A DNA stretch of 64,000 bases. Origin: Eledone cirrhosa (taxonomy: Eukaryota). The stretch spans positions 197,346,001-197,410,000 of the forward strand of contig OZ024742.1 in NCBI GenBank assembly GCA_964016885.1, read 5' to 3'. The notes under the pieces are model-generated. The model was not told the DNA's origin. It was given only the letters and a program-made list of their open reading frames with translations, and did no database searches. Made by a program: the position numbers and the translations under genes. Positions 55,408-64,000 of this stretch are shown here, in pieces (the stretch's first letter is position 1; each line of letters begins with the position of its first letter).

Positions 55408-55610
55408 TAGGAATCCTATAATGAAACGAGACGTCCGTCTGGGAAGAGATATATTCGATATGTCTCATATGAAGTAATACAGCCAATTTTCCACGCAATA
55501 CTTTTAGTTAGCACCCCGAACGCTTAATTAGGAATATAATCACTTATTTCCTAATGTTTGTTGAGTGAGTTGGAATTTGGCCGGAGTATCGCTAAAAAGC
55601 TTTCTCCGAT

Positions 55611-55652
<42 letters not shown>

Positions 55653-55655
<3 letters not shown>

Positions 55656-57655
55656 CTTTGGAATATTATTTCAAAAGCTGCTCCTTTTAACTCCTCTTCA
55701 GAAAATTGTGATCTTTGTATAGAGGAAATATTCTTTATATTAAAGACCAAAAATTCCCTGAATCTAAGGAACAATTTATTCAGTTGCTGCAGACATAGAT
55801 TGAACTCAACGTTTAAATATAAATTTAAAATGTAATATATAATTAATTTTTTCTATTAATATATTGAACCTATCGATAAATCATTAGATTCCTTCATTTG
55901 ACTGCTTAAACTCTCAAGTTAAAAAAAAAATTTTCATAAATATAAATTTAAAAAAAAAAATTTTTCTAGAGAAACATACTGAAAGCTCTTAAAAGGGGAA
56001 AATATTTTATTTGAAAGTTTCTCCTATTTTTGAAAGTTTCTCTTTCTTTTTTCTTATGGCTATAAAATTAAGTTAAACATACTGAGAACTAAATATTATA
56101 TAGAAAATTTAAATTTTTATGCTGAAGCTATTAAACATATTCTTATTTTAAAATTATAACTTGAAATATTCTACATTTTTTTAAATTATATTGATTTAAA
56201 GTTATATCGCTTATAATTATATTTCCAAATCGTAATATAATTCATTTTTATTTTTTATTTTATTTTATTTTATTTTATTTTATTTTATTTTATTTTATTT
56301 TATTTTATTTTATTTTATTATATTTTATTTTATTTTATTTTATATTATATATATTATGTACTTCAATTATACTATGTACTGTATTTATATATATATCTCT
56401 CTATATGTATGTGTGTATAAATATAGTTATGTATATATATATATGTGTGTATATGTATGTATATATATATATGTGTGATGCATATCTACCTGTATGTGTA
56501 AGTACGTCTATGTGTATCTATGTGGGGATTGTGTGTATGTATATATGCATACAATTCGAATGCACTCGTTTATAAGGATTTTCTTAAGGTTCGTGATAAA
56601 CAAACTTATATAATAACAGTCACAACTACATAACAGGTGGATTTATTAGATATAAAACTTATATTAAAATAAATTTGTATAATAACATAAGATTTGTATA
56701 ACCTAAAATTCCCTTTACTATCTTAAAATTTGTAACATTTAATATAAGTAAATAACTTAATTTCCTTCACGCTCTTTCGATATTACATAGAAATGATTTT
56801 CTCTGTTTTTTCTAAGATTTTCTCCGAAAAATCTATAAGTTTATGAAAATTCCTATATCTTAAATTAAAAATCCTTTATTGTTTGTATGTATATGTATCT
56901 ATATGTAGATGTATGTATATATATTTATATGTATATATATCTGTGTGTGCGTATGTATATATATGAATATATTCTTTCAATAATATATAGATTTTTTAAT
57001 AATATATAATATATAGATTTCTTAATAATATATAGATCTCAATTATTTAATGTATAGATCTCAATAATCTAATGATAAACTAAATATTTAATCATATTTA
57101 AACAATGGTTAAATTCTCCTATTATTTATGTATTTTCCATTCACGCTTATTTAAACTTCCCAACTCATCCATTAAATATTTATTCTTTCACTTCATCTCA
57201 AAAGTTAAGCTAATACAACAACCTATCACTTAGAGCTTTCGCTTTCTCTTTTCTCTTTTCTTTTTTCTTCTCTTTCTCCTTTTCTTATTTTTCTTATTTT
57301 CCTCTTAGAGTTTGCTCTTTTTCTCTTTTTTCTCTTTTTTTCTATATCTCTGTTTTTTTCTCTCTCTCTCTTTCTCCATAACCCAACGGCTTATTTAAAT
57401 CTACTCTGATTTAAAAATATCCGAAACTAATTTACATAATAGTATAAATAAATTTATAACCCCACTATCCGGGAGCTTCCGACAGAAATGGTCGCATTCT
57501 TTAAGGGTATGTCAATATTTATTTATAAAACTGCTCTATATTATATTTTATCTTATGAAAGCACACCATAATTCGACTTGGTGTCCTTGAAGTATGTATA
57601 ATGAAATAAATATGGTTTTATAAATATAGTTTCCATGTGTTAATATATCGTATAT
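55653..57655 (+). mobile_element. PLE 3' end: GIY-YIG C-terminus (55653-55835), long AT-rich UTR and degraded HHR at about 57546-57607
   Basis: WNIISKAAPFNSSSENCDLCIEEIFFIL...LNLRNNL.SCCRHR; TTTTAT-CTTATGA-AAG..CTT-GAAG-TATGTATA; (TA)n flanks. Confidence 0.7.
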
Positions 57656-57664
57656 ATAAGTATA

Positions 57665-57844
<180 letters not shown>

Positions 57845-57896
57845 CATCTATATGTATACATATATATATACATATATATATCTAGATGTATATATA

Positions 57897-58847
57897 CAAT
57901 ATATAGAAACACACAGATACATGCGGACACATACATATACATGAATATATCCACATATATCTCTGAATTAGTGGTGCCAACCTCAACCAATGTTGCTCTA
58001 TGAATAACTGGGACAAAATATTCCGAATGGATTAGATTGGTTCAGTATCAGAGCTACTCCAAAGCGAGTTATAAACAATATATAGAAATTATAGAAATAA
58101 GTCGGCAGACCTCACAAAAATTATATATCTCTGTGATGTAGTGTTTTTGCATAATATGCCACGAAACTACGTAGTCGGGGAGTAAAGAAGGAGTTTAGGT
58201 ATGATATATCTTATTATTAATTATATCTAATGTTTCTTCTCTCTTCATAATGTATTATATAGCTCTGATACTGAATCAATCTAATCCATTCGGATTATTT
58301 TGTCCCAGTTATTCATAGAGCAACATCGGTTGAAGTTGGCACCACTAATTCAAAGATATATGTGGATATATTCATGTAAATGTATGTGTCCGCATGTATC
58401 TGTGTGTTTCTATATATTGTTTATAACTCCCTTTGGTAGAGTAACCTTTGAAGTGTAGTGACAGCTGGAAAGTTATCATTACTCATACTTCTCGCCACCT
58501 TAGCCACCTCTTCTACGGCTTTGATATAAGTATCCCCTCCGCCTCCGTGGTATTTTTTCATGGTTATAAGAGGCTTAGCTCTGTTTCTTGACCGCTGTAT
58601 CACGTGATTGACTCCCCTCCGCCTTTCAGGATTCTATCTCGCGTCCTACGGACGTGTTTTGAAACTCTTAATGAGGTATCCTCTTGATAAGTTGGCAGAC
58701 CTCACAAAAATTCTATACCTCTGTGATGTAGCATTGTTGCATAATATGCCCCGAAACTACGTAGTCGGGGAGTATAGAAGCAGTTTAGGTATGATATATC
58801 TTATTACTAATTATATCTAATGTTTCTTCTCTCTTCATAATGTATTA
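57897..58847. repeat. Composite inverted plus direct duplication (57897-58055 inverted at 58261-58420; 58098-58257 repeated at 58688-58847)
   Basis: Direct sequence comparison; the duplicated block contains CGAAACTACGTAGTCGGGG, an HHR 3' half. Confidence 0.75.
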
Positions 58848-58869
58848 GATGTATATATATATAGATGTA

Positions 58870-58954
<85 letters not shown>

Positions 58955-59508
58955 TAAAATATAGAGAAAAATACTGCAGGTAGCACATGGATAACATGTA
59001 ATAAAATAAGTCCCTCATCAGTGATTTGCCGAAGATCATAGATATTTCATTGCATTAAAAATCATATATCTCACGTCGGTGCAATAATAACCAAAATAAG
59101 TTATTAGGACAATTAAAACGCGTAAAGCGAGTGAGACAGGAGAACAACAGAAAGTATAGCATACCGTAGGGGACAGAAACAAGCTTCAAAAATTATTCTG
59201 TTTAGCATAAGCTAGGTGAATATATGAGCGCTTAGAGAATAGATCCTACACGAACGAGGGCTATGAGCAGAGAGAGAAAAATAGCGTTCGTGGTGTGCAG
59301 GATGAAATGAAGAGAAGAGAGAGAAAAACAGTGAGTGAGTAAAAGTGTGAGGAAGAGTTAACGGACATGACAGAGGGGGAGAAACAGAGAGAATGGGGGA
59401 ACAGTAAGAGAGAGAGAAAAAACACAGAATCGCAGTGGTAAATATATGTATTAAAATATAGAGAAAAATACTGCAGGTAATATATATATATATACCACGC
59501 TATTTTAC

Positions 59509-59654
<146 letters not shown>

Positions 59655-59740
59655 CGTATGTATGTATGTATATATATGTATATATATATGTATATATATA
59701 TATGTATATATATATAATAAATATGTAAATCATATATACA

Positions 59741-59784
<44 letters not shown>

Positions 59785-59808
59785 TGTATATATGTATTAC
59801 ATATTTAT

Positions 59809-59840
<32 letters not shown>

Positions 59841-59981
59841 CATATATATATATACATATATATATACATATATATACATATATATATACATATATACATA
59901 TATATATATACACATATATATATATATATATATACATACATATATATACACACATATATATATACATATATATACACACAC

Positions 59982-60044
<63 letters not shown>

Positions 60045-60399
60045 GTAAAATAGTGTGGTTCATAATAGAGTTGCACATGAAAGCACGTAGGATACGTTTA
60101 TATATAACAGACATAAAAGAGTTTTGGTATATTTTTAGCCGTGATCATGTCACATCTATCTCAGCCGGCCGTGCGAGTAGGGGCTTTCGGATGTTTATCC
60201 ATCATCGTTGATATTTACTCACTCTGCATGGATTCTCTCTGAACCTGTCAGACATGACTGTTTGTTCCATTCAGATTATAGATTCACACAAAGGAAGTGT
60301 ATCTGTTGTATATAAATAATTGAACATAGTCTGTGTAAATGTTGAGATATCTTTTAATCTTAGAAATATGTTGTTTCGTTCTTCATCGTCGTATCTGCA

Positions 60400-60446
<47 letters not shown>

Positions 60447-60924
60447 TCTCTCTCTATTGTTTATCGTTTCCATAGCAACTGGAGAAAGTTAATGTTATGA
60501 ACAACATCAGAACATTCACTTCTAGAGAACAACTTTCATCTCATGTATTTTTTTTTTCTTTTCCAGTTTATCTCATAAAATCTTTATATGTTAAAACAAC
60601 AATCCCTCACACACACACAAACTTACATATACACACACAAACTTACACATACACATACACATTTACGCATACACAGACGCAGGCACGCACACGCGCACAC
60701 ACATGTATTTATATGTATGTATATATATATATATATATGGACATGTGTCAGTGTGTTTCTTATCTAAAAGGTATTTGAAATATTAGAAACTTTTATATTC
60801 TTCTTCTACTATTTACTATTTTTATCAATGGCTTCTGTATTATTATTATTGTTATTTTTATGATTATTGTTGTTGTTGGTATGGATGGTTTGATAATTAC
60901 TGTATTTTCTACTTGCCCGTCGGG

Positions 60925-61292
60925 CCCTAACAAGGACTTTAGCCAGATAGTCGAAGACCCTCCTCGGTCACGAATAACCATGTGATTTGCACCTAGAAAG
61001 CTTCCACCCCGAGGCACAAGTTCAGGCAAGGTTGTTTGAGGAAGACCAGCAGTCACCCATACATACCAGCCTCCCCTCTCCACCACACCGATGTTGTCCA
61101 AGGGAAAGGCAATGGCCGATACAGCTTGGCACCAGTGATGTCGCAATTCATTTCTACAGCTGAGTAAACTGGAGCAACGTGAAATAAAGTGTCTTGCTCA
61201 AGGACACAACGCATCACCCGGTCCGAGAATCGAACTCACAACCTTTCGATTGCAAGCTTAATGCTCTAACCACTAAGCCATGCGGCTTCACA
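60925..61292 (-). mobile_element. tRNA-derived CORE-like SINE
   Basis: A box TGGCTTAGTGG, B box GAGTTCGATTC, TTGTGTCCTTGAGCAAGACACTT; head fragments also at about 41035-41110 and 44955-45110. Confidence 0.8.
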
Positions 61293-61624
61293 TATAGTAC
61301 TTAACTTATTATATATGCAGTACCCAACAAGACAGTCATTTATTTGAGAGTAATGTGTGACTCAGGGTCTATTTGCTTAAGATACCCTTTCAGTTTAAGT
61401 GATGTTGAGCTCTAAGCACCTATAACAATTGCAACTGTCTTGATGTTATTAGGTGTTTACTTCATTTGTGCAGTTTGTGATTCAAGGTCTATCTGCTCAA
61501 TGGTATAATGTCCCAAATTCCTATAACAACTGGAACTATATTCATGTTATTATGTGGTATTAATCACATTAGTGGAATTTGTGTTTCAAAGTTTATTTGC
61601 ATATGATACGCTTTAACAGATATC

Positions 61625-61885
61625 CTCTGCCACTAACCAAGGCTCTGCTGCACTTCGGGCCGAAGAGGGTAAGTTCTTCAAATATCAGTCGCTCTCCAAC
61701 AGGTTTGTGGTCGAGCTCGTAGCAGTGGAGACATCTGGTGTCTTTGGCCATACAGCCACCTCCCTACTCACCACCAACGATGCAGAGTTTGCCACCCACA
61801 GGTGTGAGCCTCGCGGGCTGGAATGGCTCTTCCAACGCGTCTCTCTCACCATCCTTCGGGGAAACGCCTTCTCGATTCTGTCCGC
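61625..61885 (+). pseudogene. CRE-like LINE C-terminal relic (second copy)
   Basis: AALRAEEGKFFKY..VAVETSGVFG...EPRGLEWLFQRVSLTILRGNAFSIL; homologous to 9165-9435. Confidence 0.7.
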
Positions 61886-62029
61886 TGAGGCCGCAGGGCG
61901 GCCAGCACGTGGGCCCCCATTTGCTCATAATAGTGAGAGATGGGGAAAGCGGGAGGAATGGAAGCAGTGACAGTGGGAGTTTGGCTCCTTTGTGTTCGGA
62001 CCTGGTGTATATGTTTCACAGACACACAC

Positions 62030-62420
62030 CTCTTCCAGTAAACCGACACTGGAATTATCTTGATGGTGTAAGGTGGTGTTGGCCTCGTTTGTGTAATTTC
62101 AATCCTCAATATTTTGTTATTTTTCCGATTTTTTTCAAATATATTTTGTGATCTTTTTGGATGGTAACATCAATGATCTGACATTTTTGATTATTTCTGT
62201 CATAATTATAATACCACATCTGTTGTGTTCAAGTGTGTGGTCAGAGTATCTTGGGTTTGTTTCTATCATCATAGACACTTTCTGGGACATGTTGTTACCA
62301 CTTGTAACACCTGATATACATGTTGTTTGCTTATTGACCAACGAAGGTACATACAGACCTGGTTATATTTTTTATACTCTTTTTAAGCTAGCATTTTGCA
62401 AGAGCTCACTATGTGTATTC
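62030..62420 (-). pseudogene. Highly degraded RLE (R4-like) endonuclease relic
   Basis: Scattered frames give HTLEHNR..III, CQIIDVTI, KITKY and IKIIPV. Confidence 0.4.
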
Positions 62421-63224
62421 ATTCTACACAGTCGGCACTTCACACGTACACTAATATAATACCACATATTCATTAATATAATTGTTTCTACTTTTGGCAC
62501 AAGGCCAGCAATTATCCCAGTGTATTACTGGTGCTTTATTTTATCGACCCCGTAATGATGAAAGGCAAAGTTAATAATTTTCATTAATATAATATAATAA
62601 ATTCGATTTAGTACTCGGCAGAGCATCAGCTACCATGATCTGCAGCATAGATTTATGGCCCTTTACGTTCTGAGTTCAAATCCCGCCGAGGTTAACTTTG
62701 CCTTTCATCCTTATGGGGTCGATAAGATAAAGCACCAGTAATGTACTGGGGTAATTGCTGGCCTTGTGTCAAAAGTAGAAACAATTATTATTATTCAACA
62801 TGCTTTGCAGTATATAGTTACGGTCCATTACGTTCTGAGTTTAAATCCCACCGAGGTTAATTTTACCTTTCATCTACACTACCTTAATATGACTGGAATT
62901 TATAGCTAGTGTTTTATACTCTATGTTCCTGGCCCAACCAAGGAGACTGAGACTTAATCAATCTTGCTTGGGTCATGTGGAAGAGGGCTTCCGTTGTAAT
63001 ACACGAAACACTCAGTGAGTCCTGCATACAACACTAATGAAGTCTTCTGGATGAGGGTGTATGCTGAAAGACCTGAAACACTTTGAATCCAGACTACAGC
63101 ACTGATGATGTGTCCAAGGTTTTTACATCCGTGGACGTTTGATATTCTGAGAGTAAAATATATTGTGATACCACTGGTTGTTTTACTGCGGCTTCATGGT
63201 GAAGAGTTAGAAATAAAAGGATGC

Positions 63225-63862
63225 TAATGTGGTGACACGTGGCGGTATGTTAGATATAGAGAGTGTTAATGTAGTAACATGTGGTGGTGTGGTAGAAATG
63301 GAAGAATGATAATTTGGCTACATGTGAAGGTATGTTAGATATGGAAGTATGTTAATTAGGTAACATGTGGTGGTGTGATAGAAATGAAACTATGTTAATG
63401 TGGTTACATGTGGTGATGGTTAAATATGGAAGTGTGTTAATGTAGTTACATGTGGTTGTGTGTTAAATATGGAAGAGTGTTAATGTGGTGACATGGTGGT
63501 GACATGCGGTGGTGTGGTAGAAATGGAAGTATGTTAATCTGGTGACATGTGGTGGTGAGCTAGAAATAGGAAGATGTTAATGTAGTGACATGTGGTGGTG
63601 TGTTAGAAATGAAAGAGTGTTAATGTGGTGACATGTGGTGACATGTGATAGTGTGTTAAATATGGGCTGGTGTTAATGTAATGACATGTGGTGGTGTGTT
63701 ATAAATAGAAGAGTGATAATTTGGCTACATGTGGTGGTGTGGTAGATGTGGTTACATGTGGTAGTGTGTTAGAAATGGAAGTGTTTTAATGCGGTCACAT
63801 GTGGTGATATATTAGATATGGAAGTGTTTTAATGTGGTGACATGTGGTGGTGTGTTAAACAA
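63225..63862. repeat. Degenerate minisatellite of about 43 bp (GTGTTAATGTGGTGACATGTGGTGGTGTGTTAGAAATGGAAGA)
   Basis: Direct periodicity. Confidence 0.85.
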
Positions 63863-64000
63863 TAAAAGATATACATGTGACAAACGGAGCAGACGTGAAT
63901 CTCATGATCAAGTCATCAATAACGTGACAAAGCTAACAATAATTGTTTCTACTTTTGGAACAAGGCCAGCAATGACCCAGTGTCTTACTGGTACTTTATT

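Noticed and set aside
58980-59030. Minus-strand CTGATGAGGGAC (also CTGAAGA at 9782 and about 27449, CTGATGA at 16532, 43575 and 63102)
   Set aside because: No properly placed GAAA-stem III-NUH partner; 27449 and 63102 may be decayed HHRs but are unsupported.

Overview
AT-rich, microsatellite-dense animal DNA. The SINE/LINE/microsatellite mix resembles a coleoid cephalopod such as octopus, but that is an inference. I found no confidently identifiable host gene; three phase-compatible candidate micro-exons lie on the minus strand. Most ORFs in the track are translations of simple repeats. The window is a patchwork of satellites, tRNA-derived SINEs, mariner/MITE relics and non-LTR retroelements, and most retroelement families sit in a characteristic microsatellite: Tx1-like L1 in (GATA)n, R4/Dong-like in (TAA)n, another RLE LINE in (ACAT)n, a non-autonomous RTE derivative in (AT)n/(ACAT)n, and Penelope-like elements (PLEs) in (TA)n. 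The most notable signal is RNA-structural. Type I hammerhead ribozyme (HHR) motifs occur at about ten separate loci, mostly in fold-back PLE terminal repeats. A tandem array of about 6.4 apparently identical, highly structured, non-coding 308-bp units (45438-47396) carries one HHR per full unit. It looks like a retrozyme or circular-RNA-derived insertion, possibly mobilised by the neighbouring PLEs. All structures were read by eye; none were computed or tested.
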